DNA of 64,000 bases from Parcubacteria group bacterium (GTDB lineage Bacteria; Patescibacteriota; Minisyncoccia; Phycocordibacterales; DATDWN01). This document shows positions 19,391 to 29,800 of the stretch, in pieces. Below the pieces are notes generated by a model, which saw only the letters and a list, made by a program, of their open reading frames with translations, did no database searches and was not told the DNA's origin. Numbering within the stretch: position 1 is the stretch's first letter; every line of letters begins with the position of its first letter. Position numbers and translations under genes: made by a program. The stretch is taken from contig JBCLGS010000002.1 of assembly GCA_039740895.1 (NCBI GenBank), positions 258 through 64,257 of the forward strand, read 5' to 3'.

Positions 19391-19912
19391 TTAAAAAATT
19401 GGACTGATACCGCCTCCAATTTGTAAAAGCAAAAATGCATAAATAAAATCAAACCAGAAAAAACTTAACTTATTAGCAATCCAGATAAGAATAAAAAATG
19501 GGTAAGACAAATAATGTAAAGTAGATCCTTCATTTTTTAGATAATGTTTACTTGTTTCCAAAATATTTTTTGCATCATGATCACTAGGAAACGAGTGAGC
19601 TCCGATAGATAAAGCTAACCAAAGTAATAAATAATTTAAAAAACTTTGTGGTAATGTTTGAGAAGCAATGGCACTCAAAATTACACATCCGAGCGAATTT
19701 ACAACAAGTGGTCCGACAGATATCCAGAAAGTTTTTTTAAAAGTAGATGGAGCTTCATGTGTAACATACCCTGCTGTTTTTTGCCAAAATCTAAAATAAG
19801 CCACTTCGTAAACCTTAACCCCAAACCACTCACAGAATTTTTTGTGTGCCCATTCGTGAACTATCACTCCTGGAAAGGTTAAAAGTGATATTAATTGTCC
19901 TGGTAAAAACAT
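19391..19912 (-). CDS. membrane zinc metalloprotease-like protein (HExxH)
   Basis: PGVIVHEWAH, GYVTH, ISVGPL, FPSDHD; hydrophobic. Confidence 0.75.
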   Translation of the reverse strand: MFLPGQLISLLTFPGVIVHEWAHKKFCEWFGVKVYEVAYFRFWQKTAGYVTHEAPSTFKKTFWISVGPLVVNSLGCVILSAIASQTLPQSFLNYLLLWLALSIGAHSFPSDHDAKNILETSKHYLKNEGSTLHYLSYPFFILIWIANKLSFFWFDFIYAFLLLQIGGGISPIF

Positions 19913-19916
19913 AAAT

Positions 19917-20138
19917 TTATTTTAAAAAATAATTAATATCCTTATTATAAATCCTCGAAAAAACTTGAAGTTCCACAACATCAACCATTTGCTGTCCCGA
20001 TTCGACATTAGAAATACGCGATTACGGACGCTTTAATTTATTTGCCACCTACACTTTAGTAAATCCTGCCTCCTTGCGAGCTTTCCGCAATCGCTCGACA
20101 AAGTATGCATATTCCTTTATTCTTATTGACCTTGTCAT
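19917..20138 (-). pseudogene. XRE-family HTH regulator with two in-frame stops
   Basis: Manual translation: MTRSIRIKEYAYFVERLRKARKEAGFTKV*VANKLKRP*SRISNVESGQQMVDVVELQVFSRIYNKDINYFLK. Confidence 0.8.
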
Positions 20139-20179
20139 ATATTACCATTGTCTATCTAAATATTCAATACAAAAAAATC

Positions 20180-22522
20180 CTACTTCGCTACGGAAACTGC
20201 TTGGTCAAAAGCGACAGAGAGAAGTTTTGAGCCGCCACCCATTCCCATTGTCACGCCGTATAAAATACCAGCGCGGGACATTGTTTCGCGGTTGTGAGTG
20301 ATAACAATAAGCTGAGAAAACTTGGAAAGATTTTCCACCATATCGGCATATTTTTTGGAATTGGCTTCGTCCAGTGCCGCATCTGTTTCGTCCAAAATAA
20401 TAAATGGCGGAGGATTGACTTGGGTCACGGCGAAAATTAAAGCGATGGATGTCAAAGCTCTTTCACCACCAGAAAGCATCATCAATCCCTTCACTTTCTT
20501 TTTTGGCAAACTAACTTCAATATCAATTCCCTCTTCGCTCAACAAAGCTTCTTCATACGCTTGTTCGCCATCGTCCAATAAACCACTTATGTCGTCGTCC
20601 TTTCCGCCAAAGGCGGATCCGTCCGATGAGGCGGACTTTTTTTTCTTTGGTGGATTTATTACAGACAAGTGTGCCTCTCCTCCTCCGAACATCATCGCAA
20701 AATATTCTTTGAATTGTACATTGATTTTCTCCACACCATTTTTAAATTCAGTTGAAAGTCTTTCGTCTAAATCTTTTATAAGCTCTGTCAGTGACACAGC
20801 CGATTGTTCCAAATCAATAATTTCCTTTGCAAGAAATTCATCTCTCTCAGTAGCATCTGTGTATTCTTTCATTGTTTCGGAACCGCCAATACCTCCAGCG
20901 TCTTCCAATCGGATTTTTATTTTCTCAATAGCCCGCCTGCGTTCTTCCTGGATATTACGTGGCTCATCATAATTAAAAGGAATACTTTCTCCGCCAAAGG
21001 CGGATCCGTCCGATGAGGCGGAAAATTGCAAAATACTCGTACCAAGCATCATCCCAAGCTCTGTAAGTTCCCGCTTGAAATCTTCTTTGATTAACCTAAG
21101 TGTTTCTTCTTCGGCAGAAACAGTATGAAGTTTTGACCGAGCTTCCTGTCCTCCCGCCATAATTCTGAAAATGTCTTTTTCTGCATCACGATTTGAATCT
21201 TTTTCTTTTTCTATTTTATTTTTCAGTGAATTATACTGCGTTGCAAGTTCTGTCTCACGAGATTTCATTCCATTTATTTTTGAATCAATTTCACCCTTTG
21301 AACTCTTCAGATTTTCAATATCCCTCTCCGCCTCAGCAAGAAGTGACACCTGCCCGACTACATTCAGGCGGGTGTCCACTCGGTCTTTATTATCATCAAC
21401 AAAATCTTGTAGGGCTCTACTTATTTCATCAATGACTCGCAAGAGTGTCTCAGTGTCTCTGGTCTCTCTAGCTTGAACTATTTTTTCCTCCAAACTTTTT
21501 TGCAAAGCTTCCACTGAAACTAGAGTAACTGTCTTGTGTAAATAAGATGAGGTGACTTCTTCTTGTTTTCGGACCATTCGTGCGAGGGAAGAAAGTTCAC
21601 CGTCAATTCTTCCAAACTCTTTGAAGAGCGAATCTTTTTCTTCGCGGATATCATGCAAAGATTTTTCAAGAATCATCAGTTCGTCACTGACCAAGTCTTT
21701 GTGCGTAACATTTTCTAAAACAGACCGAGCTTTCGTCAATTCTTCTTCAAGTTTTTTTATTTCTTTTTCCAGTGGTTCTTTTTCACTAGATATTTTTTCT
21801 GATTTACTTTTTATATATTGGCCTTCGCGATTGCAGTATTCCATTGCCCTCTGCTTTAAATCCTCTTTCATCTCTAATGTCTTCTGGACTTTCTCTACTT
21901 GTTTTCTCAAAAATTTAATATGAGGCATTATTTCGCGACGGAGCGATTCTACCTGAGCAATATTCTCCCGAGTTTTTTCTAACTTTCTCTGACTCTCATG
22001 TTTTTTATATTGATATAGTTTCAAGCCAAGTGCATCCTCTATCATTGCCTTACGCTCTTTGATACTAGCGTTCAAAATTCTATCCGCTTCACCTTGAGAA
22101 ATAATATGATGTCCAGAAGCTCCAATATGTGCTGAGTTCAAAAGCTCCACTACATCTCGAAGTCGCACATGGGAACCATTTATTAAATATTCATTTACAG
22201 AATCTCGATGGACCACTCGCTCTATAACAACCTCCTCAAAATCAACCGGTAAAAATCGTGAGGTATTGTCTAAGACAAGCTTAACGCTTGCCCGATTCGC
22301 CCGGGGTGAATCACCAGTGCCGTTGAATATCAAATCCTCACCCTTTTTTCCTCGAAGAGACTTGATAGACTGTTCGCCGAGCACAAATCGAAAGGCCTCA
22401 GCCACATTGGACTTGCCTGAGCCGTTTGGACCTACGATAGCAGAAATAGGAGATGAAAATGTCAGCTCGCTTTTCTTAGCAAATGATTTAAAACCAGTAA
22501 GCTCGATACTTTTCAGATACAT
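20180..22522 (-). CDS. smc: SMC-family chromosome segregation protein (short coiled coil)
   Basis: GFKSF, GPNGSGKSN, LSGGE, ILDETDAALD; three in-frame palindromes. Confidence 0.9.
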   Translation of the reverse strand: MYLKSIELTGFKSFAKKSELTFSSPISAIVGPNGSGKSNVAEAFRFVLGEQSIKSLRGKKGEDLIFNGTGDSPRANRASVKLVLDNTSRFLPVDFEEVVIERVVHRDSVNEYLINGSHVRLRDVVELLNSAHIGASGHHIISQGEADRILNASIKERKAMIEDALGLKLYQYKKHESQRKLEKTRENIAQVESLRREIMPHIKFLRKQVEKVQKTLEMKEDLKQRAMEYCNREGQYIKSKSEKISSEKEPLEKEIKKLEEELTKARSVLENVTHKDLVSDELMILEKSLHDIREEKDSLFKEFGRIDGELSSLARMVRKQEEVTSSYLHKTVTLVSVEALQKSLEEKIVQARETRDTETLLRVIDEISRALQDFVDDNKDRVDTRLNVVGQVSLLAEAERDIENLKSSKGEIDSKINGMKSRETELATQYNSLKNKIEKEKDSNRDAEKDIFRIMAGGQEARSKLHTVSAEEETLRLIKEDFKRELTELGMMLGTSILQFSASSDGSAFGGESIPFNYDEPRNIQEERRRAIEKIKIRLEDAGGIGGSETMKEYTDATERDEFLAKEIIDLEQSAVSLTELIKDLDERLSTEFKNGVEKINVQFKEYFAMMFGGGEAHLSVINPPKKKKSASSDGSAFGGKDDDISGLLDDGEQAYEEALLSEEGIDIEVSLPKKKVKGLMMLSGGERALTSIALIFAVTQVNPPPFIILDETDAALDEANSKKYADMVENLSKFSQLIVITHNRETMSRAGILYGVTMGMGGGSKLLSVAFDQAVSVAK

Positions 22523-22566
22523 TATATTTAGTATACCAAAAAAATGAACGGTCGTGGAAATTTTTT

Positions 22567-22882
22567 ATAAATTTTCAGATTTGAGCCAAGGTCGAGTGAG
22601 AAATGATATTATCATTTCGCAAGACCTTGAGCATTTTGTAATCAAAATGTGAAAGGTGTACTGCTCCTGTAAGGAGGAAAATTAAAAAATGATTAGAGCC
22701 ATACTTAGTGGTATGGTGAGAATTATTTTTGTTTTTTAGACGATGCTCCCTGTTTGCTCAAGAGCGAAGCGATTGATTTGCAAACAGCAGTCCTTTAGGG
22801 CTCCATTATTTTCTTATGAGCGAAGCGAGTTAGAAAATAAGCAGTACCCTTGTGGTAAGATTGTCCAAATATGAAAGTTTAT
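22567..22882 (+). repeat. palindromic element with nested 79-bp insert and two gagcgaagcga hairpin modules
   Basis: Core gagccatacttagtggtatggtgag; 22800-22863 identical to 23733-23796; abuts rnc stop. Confidence 0.85.
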
Positions 22883-23578
22883 TTAATTCCAGCCCCGAAC
22901 TTCAAGTGCCAATCGGGCCGCCACCTGTTCCGCATCTTGCTTTGAATCGCCTACACCTTCAGCAACCAAATTTCTGCCAATATAAACACCAACGGTGAAT
23001 TTCTTGTCATGGTCTGGACCAGTTTCTTTGATCGTTTTGTATGATGGAGTAACACCATCAAACTCTTGAGCTTTTTCCTGAAACAATGATTTTGAATCAA
23101 TAAAACTTTTTGCAGAAATAATATCATCAATAAGTGGAGTGAAATTTCTTTCGATAAAACCCTTGGCAGAATCATATCCTTGGTCAAGATAAATTGCTCC
23201 GATAAGTGCCTCTAAGACATTGGCTAAAATATATTGTCTAGCTCGTCCTATGTCCTTACTCTCACCTTTTGAAAGAAGTAGATAATCGTTTATAGAAAGT
23301 CTGGTGGCAATCTCTGAACATGTAGTAGCATTCACGAGCGAAGAACGATAAGCGGTCAACTCTCCTTCCGGCTTAGTTGGGTATTTTGCGTATAGGAAGT
23401 CTGTGATAACAAGCTCCAAAACAGCGTCGCCTAAAAACTCTAATCTCTCATTATGAGAAAGTCCTGATGCTTTGTTTTCGTTGATATATGAGCGGTGTAC
23501 AAAAGCTTGCGTCAAAAGACCAACATCTTTGAATGCTAGCCCCGCTTTCATTTGAAATTCTGTAAAATCTATAATCAT
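22883..23578 (-). CDS. rnc: ribonuclease III
   Basis: NERLEFLGDAVL signature plus dsRBD; start reassigned to MIIDF. Confidence 0.96.
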   Translation of the reverse strand: MIIDFTEFQMKAGLAFKDVGLLTQAFVHRSYINENKASGLSHNERLEFLGDAVLELVITDFLYAKYPTKPEGELTAYRSSLVNATTCSEIATRLSINDYLLLSKGESKDIGRARQYILANVLEALIGAIYLDQGYDSAKGFIERNFTPLIDDIISAKSFIDSKSLFQEKAQEFDGVTPSYKTIKETGPDHDKKFTVGVYIGRNLVAEGVGDSKQDAEQVAARLALEVRGWN

Positions 23579-23635
23579 GTTTGTAATATAACACAAAACC
23601 AGCTTATTGCAAAAAACCCTCAATTCTTTGCCGAG

Positions 23636-23812
23636 CTCTGTGGATTTTTGACCAAGGTCGCGTATAAAATTTAAAAATGTGCGAAGCCATACTTAGTAGT
23701 ATGGTGACAAACATTTTTAAATTTTAGACAATGCTCCATTATTTTCTTATGAGCGAAGCGAGTTAGAAAATAAGCAGTACCCTTGTGGTAAGATTGGACA
23801 AAAAGACCAGAG
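23636..23812 (+). repeat. palindromic element with nested gagcgaagcga module
   Basis: ccaaggtc ... aagccatacttagtagtatggtgac ... gattgg; abuts nusB stop. Confidence 0.82.
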
Positions 23813-24706
23813 TTATTTTTTCAATAGAATGTTAATAGCTTTCGTGACCAGCGGCATAATGTCATTATAAAAATTCAAGTCAAGTATATCACCCATTTTA
23901 AACCACTTTGCGTCATCCAGTCCACCCGAGTTTTTTAATTTGATTTCTACATAAGGCGCTTCCACTAGATAATATGTAACATTCTTTTTTATCTTTCCTT
24001 TTTCTGGGTGGTATGTCAGATATTCATTCGAACCAAGTTTTTCTTTTACTTCCACAGGTAAGGAAATCTCATCCTCTATTACCTGAGCAACTTCTTTTTC
24101 TGGATCCGTTCCTGTGATGTGTCCCTTTGATAAAGTCCATCGCCCAAAAACATCATGGACAAGTGCAAGATAAACATCTTCTCCTTCTTTAGCGTAAACC
24201 ACAGCTCCTGCGAGATATTCAATAGGAATATTTACAGGACCCATCTCTTTGTTTTTCTTGTCTTTAGAAGTTTCGTCTTTGCCGGGCTCGCCAAGCTCTT
24301 TGTATACTGCTCCAAGAACTCCGTTTACAAACTTACTGGAAGTATCCCCTCCAAATGTTTTAGAAAGCTCAATAGCTTCATTGATAGCTACCTTTGGTGG
24401 CACTTGTCCTCTGTCGGAAAAAAGGAGCTCATAAAGGCCAATACGGAGAATATTTCGGTCCATCACAGAGATTTTATCTATTGGCCAGTCAGGGGCAGCC
24501 TTCTCTATTATTAAATCAATATCTTTTTGTTTGTCTATAACCCCTTTCATCAAATTTTCCATAAAAGAAAAATCGCCCATGCCAGCTCCAAATTCTTTGG
24601 CATTGCGATTAAATATCTCCACAGATTCTGAGGATGTTTTCTGATTGAAGTCCCATTCAAATAAGGACTGCAGAACTATGCTTCTGGAAAGGTGCCTGTT
24701 AGCCAT
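23813..24706 (-). CDS. nusB: NusB fused to C-terminal NUDIX-like domain
   Basis: NusB: DRNILRIG, KVAINEAIELSKTFG, FVNGVL; C-terminus AGAVVY...WTLSKGH...AKWF. Confidence 0.9.
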   Translation of the reverse strand: MANRHLSRSIVLQSLFEWDFNQKTSSESVEIFNRNAKEFGAGMGDFSFMENLMKGVIDKQKDIDLIIEKAAPDWPIDKISVMDRNILRIGLYELLFSDRGQVPPKVAINEAIELSKTFGGDTSSKFVNGVLGAVYKELGEPGKDETSKDKKNKEMGPVNIPIEYLAGAVVYAKEGEDVYLALVHDVFGRWTLSKGHITGTDPEKEVAQVIEDEISLPVEVKEKLGSNEYLTYHPEKGKIKKNVTYYLVEAPYVEIKLKNSGGLDDAKWFKMGDILDLNFYNDIMPLVTKAINILLKK

Positions 24707-24778
24707 TTATGTGTACAGTATAACAAAAATATTAAAAGAAAGTAAATGTACATCTCAAAAAAAGGCATAATCCTCTTT

Positions 24779-25000
24779 TTATTTTTTATTATTTGTTTTT
24801 TCCTTCTTGGCTTTCTTAGCTAGTTTTGCTGTTACATCAATAACTGTTCTGCCTTTATACTGACCAGTCTGAAGAGACGCTCGATGTCGCAAATGAGGAA
24901 CATTTGTAGTTTTGTCTAGAGTAACAGCAGGGTTGAACAATCTGTGGTGAGATCGTGTATTTCCTCGCTGGCTCCTTGTGTGTCGCATTCTTACAACCAT
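24779..25000 (-). CDS. rpmF: 50S ribosomal protein L32 (zinc-free form)
   Basis: RHTRSQRGNTRSH...HLRHRA...GQYKGR; no CxxC. Confidence 0.88.
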   Translation of the reverse strand: MVVRMRHTRSQRGNTRSHHRLFNPAVTLDKTTNVPHLRHRASLQTGQYKGRTVIDVTAKLAKKAKKEKTNNKK

Positions 25001-25115
25001 AATATTAGAACATTATCATATTCCTTCTAAAATCACAAGCGAATTTGCCACCAGCAAATTCGTGCATGAAATAATGTTTGCTGTAAGCAGAACATTTTTC
25101 AAGCCTATGTTTTTA

Positions 25116-25230
25116 GAACTGCATAAAATAAAGTGTTTTCGGAGCACGGATAAATCGTTGGTACGATTTTCCTCAAGTCTCGGCTACCCGCCTGCGAAGT
25201 CTCCTAAAATACTTTATTTTATGCAATTCT
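25116..25230. repeat. long hairpin element overlapping rnhB 3' end
   Basis: agaactgcataaaataaagtgtttt / aaaatactttattttatgcaattct terminal stem enclosing GC-rich hairpins. Confidence 0.65.
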
Positions 25231-25852
25231 TACAAAAAGACTTTCTGTGGAGTTTTGACAAACCAAATTTCTTTATAGCTTCTCTGTGTTTTTTCGTTCC
25301 ATAACCTTTGTGTTCATGGAAACCATACTCTGGAAATTTTTTGTGGGATTTGACCATAATAGCGTCGCGAGAAACTTTTGCCAAAATACTTGCCCAAGCA
25401 ATAATCTGCTCCTTTTCATCACCTTTAATTATTGTTTTCTGATTTACAAATTCCTTCGGAGCTTTTAGCCCTCCATCAAGAAGAATCTGATAACTATCCA
25501 AGGACCGCTCTTGGATAACTTTTTTTATACCTTTCTCAATCGCATATTTAATAGCAAATGAAAGACCTTTTTTATCAATTATTGTATTTGAAATATGTAC
25601 AATCTGAATCTGCAGATGGTCCCCATCTGCAGATTCTGCAGATGGGGACCATCTGCAGATTTCATTTAAATAGTTTGAATACTTTTGACGGGATTCGAGA
25701 GAGAGTTTTTTGCTGTCTTTTCCCAGTGGTGGTAGGCGTTTGTCTTTCTTTAGTTTGGTATAAAACTTTGACTGACAAACAACCACACAGACTGAAACTG
25801 GACCCGCCAGTGGCCCTCTCCCAACTTCATCTATTCCGACAATATATTTCAT
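25214..25852 (-). CDS. rnhB: ribonuclease HII
   Basis: GIDEVGRGPLAGPV, KDSKKL, LLDG, ASILAKVSRD; in-frame double palindrome at 25607-25662. Confidence 0.96.
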   Translation of the reverse strand: MKYIVGIDEVGRGPLAGPVSVCVVVCQSKFYTKLKKDKRLPPLGKDSKKLSLESRQKYSNYLNEICRWSPSAESADGDHLQIQIVHISNTIIDKKGLSFAIKYAIEKGIKKVIQERSLDSYQILLDGGLKAPKEFVNQKTIIKGDEKEQIIAWASILAKVSRDAIMVKSHKKFPEYGFHEHKGYGTKKHREAIKKFGLSKLHRKSFCKNCIK

Positions 25853-25880
25853 TTCGCTATTTTAGCATAAGAATTAAGAC

Positions 25881-26831
25881 CTATTTAGTCAGGTGTGGGC
25901 GCATACGGTCAATGTAGTAAGTGAGTGCTTCGTATGTTTGTGTTCCATCGTCTTTTAGAATTACATGAGCAATGATTCCCTTTTTTCCATTTTCATCTGT
26001 TTGGTCAAATATAAAATTGCCAAGTGAATAAAAAATGGTTTTACCTTTGTACACTTCAATTGGTTCTATAACATGAGGATGATGCCCAAAAATAACATCT
26101 GCTCCAGCATCTACAAGTGCGTGTCCTGTTTCTATTTGTTTTTGAGTTGGTAGAGCTAAATATTCTTCACCCCAATGAATATTTATCAAAACATAATCAT
26201 TCCTCTTTTTCAATTCCGTAATTTTCAAACCGATTTCAGATATGTTTGGATTTGAAAGTGTCATATCTATTCCCACAAGTGCTATGGTGTGACCTTTTAC
26301 AACAACCTCTTTTGTATTTTCAGCATTTTCAAATCCACCAAAACCAACTACCCCTGCCTCTTCCAAATATTTTTTAGTATCTTCAAAACCTTTCTGAAAA
26401 CAATCCATTGAATGATTGTTCGCCATGTTGACAGCATCAATACCATTTTTCTTCAAAAGAAATCCTGTGGTGGTAGCGAATTTAAACGAATATGCTTTAA
26501 CCTGACAATTTGTAGCATCTGTAATCGGACCCTCAAGATTTCCCATTACAAAATCCACTTTTACTTTAAAACTATTATTATTAAAATGTATAAATTCAAA
26601 AGGATTTGTGCCTTTGTTCATCGCCTGTTCCACCCCTCTGTCAAACATCATATCTCCGAGAGAGATAATGGAAATCCCTAAATCCTCTGTTTGATTATTT
26701 TTTATTACTAAAATAGACGCCCGCTCTATATCTGGCACTTTCTTAAAATCATCCTTGTTGTATATTAAATATGCCCACGATATCAACGCAAGAAATATAA
26801 CAAAACACACAGCTGGAAATCTCCAAGTCAT
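25881..26831 (-). CDS. CapA-family (PGA_cap) metallophosphoesterase-fold protein
   Basis: GDMMFDRG, GNLEGP, MANNHSMD, IHWGEEY, GHHPHV, YSLGNFIFDQ. Confidence 0.9.
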   Translation of the reverse strand: MTWRFPAVCFVIFLALISWAYLIYNKDDFKKVPDIERASILVIKNNQTEDLGISIISLGDMMFDRGVEQAMNKGTNPFEFIHFNNNSFKVKVDFVMGNLEGPITDATNCQVKAYSFKFATTTGFLLKKNGIDAVNMANNHSMDCFQKGFEDTKKYLEEAGVVGFGGFENAENTKEVVVKGHTIALVGIDMTLSNPNISEIGLKITELKKRNDYVLINIHWGEEYLALPTQKQIETGHALVDAGADVIFGHHPHVIEPIEVYKGKTIFYSLGNFIFDQTDENGKKGIIAHVILKDDGTQTYEALTYYIDRMRPHLTK

Positions 26832-26896
26832 TAGACTAATTTTAGCATAAAAAGCAACAGAGCTGAAAAGTAAAATCATGCTACAATTGTGGCAAC

Positions 26897-29800
26897 ATGA
26901 CATCCAAATTTACTCACCTACATACGCACTCACACTATTCCCTACTCAATGCTCTACCGAAAATTCCAGAGTTGGTAAAAACAGCCAAGAAAATGGGTAT
27001 GACTTCTCTTGCTTTGACTGACAATTGCAACTTATACGGAGCGATTGAATTCTATAAAGAATGTCGGAAACATGAAATCAAACCAATCATCGGTATTGAT
27101 GCCTATGTCGCCTATCGCTCACGGCACGACAAACAAGGTATCGACAAGGAGAGATATCGACTTGTGCTACTTGCAGAAAATGAAACCGGTTATAGGAATT
27201 TAATAAAACTGGTGACAGAGGCGCATCTAGAGGGTTTTTATTACAAGTCTCGTGTGGACAAAGAAATTTTGGAAAAATACCACGAAGGTCTTATCGCTAT
27301 AATTCCATCTTTTTCAAATGATATTTTACAATCATTAAGCACTTCACATGAGGAACAAGCTCTTGAAAGACTAAATTGGTATAAAAAAACTTTTGGAGAA
27401 AATAATTTTTTCATTGAAGTGACTCATCATCCTGAAATGAAAGGTCATACGGAAAAAATGGCTTTGATGATTGATTTTGCAAAAAGAACAAAAACTCAGG
27501 TAGTGGCAGCACATGATGTGTATTATCTTCTTCCAGAAGACAGGCTGGCTCGTGAGACACTAATGGCTGTGCAATCAAACGGTGATATTTCAGAAAAAAT
27601 TAATTCTGGAGATATTGATGATTTTTCTTTCATCTCCCCAGAACTAGCGAAAAAATATTTCAAAGATTTACCAGAGGCATTGGAGAACACGGAAAAAATC
27701 GCTGAGAGATGTAATTTCACACTAAAACTTGGTAGTTGGGTTTTTCCAAACTTCATTGTAGAAAGTGGTCTATCATACGACGATGAGCTTCGTAGGATGA
27801 CACTTCTGGGCATTGAAAAGCGTGGTCTCGAAAAAACGGATGAAGTGACGAAGCGTATGGAATATGAACTTAAGGTTATTAAAGATAAGGGTTACTCACC
27901 TTACTTTCTCGTGGTGTCTGACCTCCTAAAATTTGCTGATGAAAATGGAATCTTCACAAACATTCGAGGGTCTGTCGCAGGCTCCCTTGTCACCTACCTC
28001 TGTGGAATTACAAAAGTTAATCCTCTTGTTTACAAACTTCCGTTCGAGCGATTCCTAAATCCCGAAAGACCTTCTGCTCCCGATATCGACATGGATTACG
28101 CCGACAACCGTCGTGATGAAGTGATTGAATATGCCAGACGAAAATATGGAAATGATAAAGTGGCTCAAATAGGAACATTCGGCACCATGGCCGCTCGTGG
28201 CTCTGTCCGTGATGTGACGCGTGCAATGGGTCTTCCATACGGTACAGGAGACAATATCGCCAAATTAATACCTATGGGCGCTCAGGGTTTTCCCATGACT
28301 ATTGAGCGTGCAGTCAAAGAAGTTCCAGAACTAAAAGAGCTGTATAAAAAAGATGCCGATGTCAAAAAAATTATTGATATGGCAAAAAAAATTGAAGGTT
28401 CTGCTCGCCATATTTCTGTACACGCCGCTGGTGTGGTTATTTCCCCCACACCACTTACTGACTTCATTGCACTGCAATACGACACGAAAGGAGACAACAA
28501 AATTATTACTCAGTACGATATGTATGCTGTAGAGGACGCAGGTCTTTTAAAGTTTGACTTCCTTGGTATTAGAAACCTTTCCATTCTGGCTGATGCAGTA
28601 CATAGAGTTGAAAAAATTGAAGGAATTAAAATGGATATTGAAGCCATACCGCTAGACGACAAAAAAACTTTTGCCATGCTTGCTCGAGGAGAAACTATTG
28701 GTCTTTTTCAGCTCAACGGTGATGGTATGACACGATGGCTCAAAGAACTCAGACCCACGACAATTTTTGATATTAACGCCATGGTCGCACTTTATCGCCC
28801 TGGTCCAATGGAATGTATTCCTCAGTATATTGAGAGAAAACACAATCCAAAGCTCATCAAATTTCTTGATCCGAGAATGAAAAATATTTTGGACCAATCT
28901 TTTGGAGTTATTACCTACCAAGACGATGTTATGCTTATTGCTATTGAGCTAGGTGGGTATTCTTGGCTTGAAGCTGATAAGCTCCGAAAAGCCATGGGAA
29001 AGAAAATCCCAGCCGTGATGCAAGCTGAAAAAGAAAAGCTTCTGGCTGGTCTTATTAAGAACGGAATGACAGAAGCAAAGGCAAATGAGCTCTGGAAACT
29101 GATTGAGCCTTTTGCTGCGTACGGATTCAACAAAGCTCACGCCGCCAGCTATGGCAGAGTGTCGTATCAGACTTCGTACATGAAAGCCAACTTCCCTGCT
29201 ATATATATGTCTGCAGTACTTACGGCTGAGTCAGGCGATATAGAAAAAATCGCCGAAATAATCAACGAGTGTAAGCGTATGAATATTCCAGTTCTTCCTC
29301 CAGATATAAATCAATCATTCAGTGGATTTTCTGTTGTTAAGGGAAGTCAGATGAGCGAAGCGAAAACTGACGGACACTTAGGCACGATGTACTCATCGGA
29401 CAGTAACCACAAAAATTCTGCAGAAGAGATCCTTCTGCAAAAAAATTCAACTGAAAAAAAAGATTCCATCCGCTTCGGGCTTACTACTATCAAAAACTTT
29501 GGTGAAGGTATCGGGCAATCCATAATTACAGAAAGAAAAACAAATGGTGAATTCAAATCACTGTCAGATTTTTTACGAAGAATAAAAGATAAAAATTTAA
29601 ATAAAAAATCTCTTGAGTCACTTATCAAAGTTGGAGCGATGGATGCTTTTAGAGACAGAGCCACGCTCTTATTTAATTTGGAAAAATTACTTCAATTCAA
29701 CAAAGAGGAACGAAACAAAGAAAATGCTCAAGACTCACTTTTCGGATTACTCCCAACACACGACAGTAGTGAAGACATACATTTGGAAAAAGCTCCGGAA

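Noticed and set aside
19917-20138. Stop-codon reassignment explaining the in-frame stops in the XRE gene
   Set aside because: TAA, TAG and TGA all terminate intact conserved genes here, so pseudogenisation is simpler.
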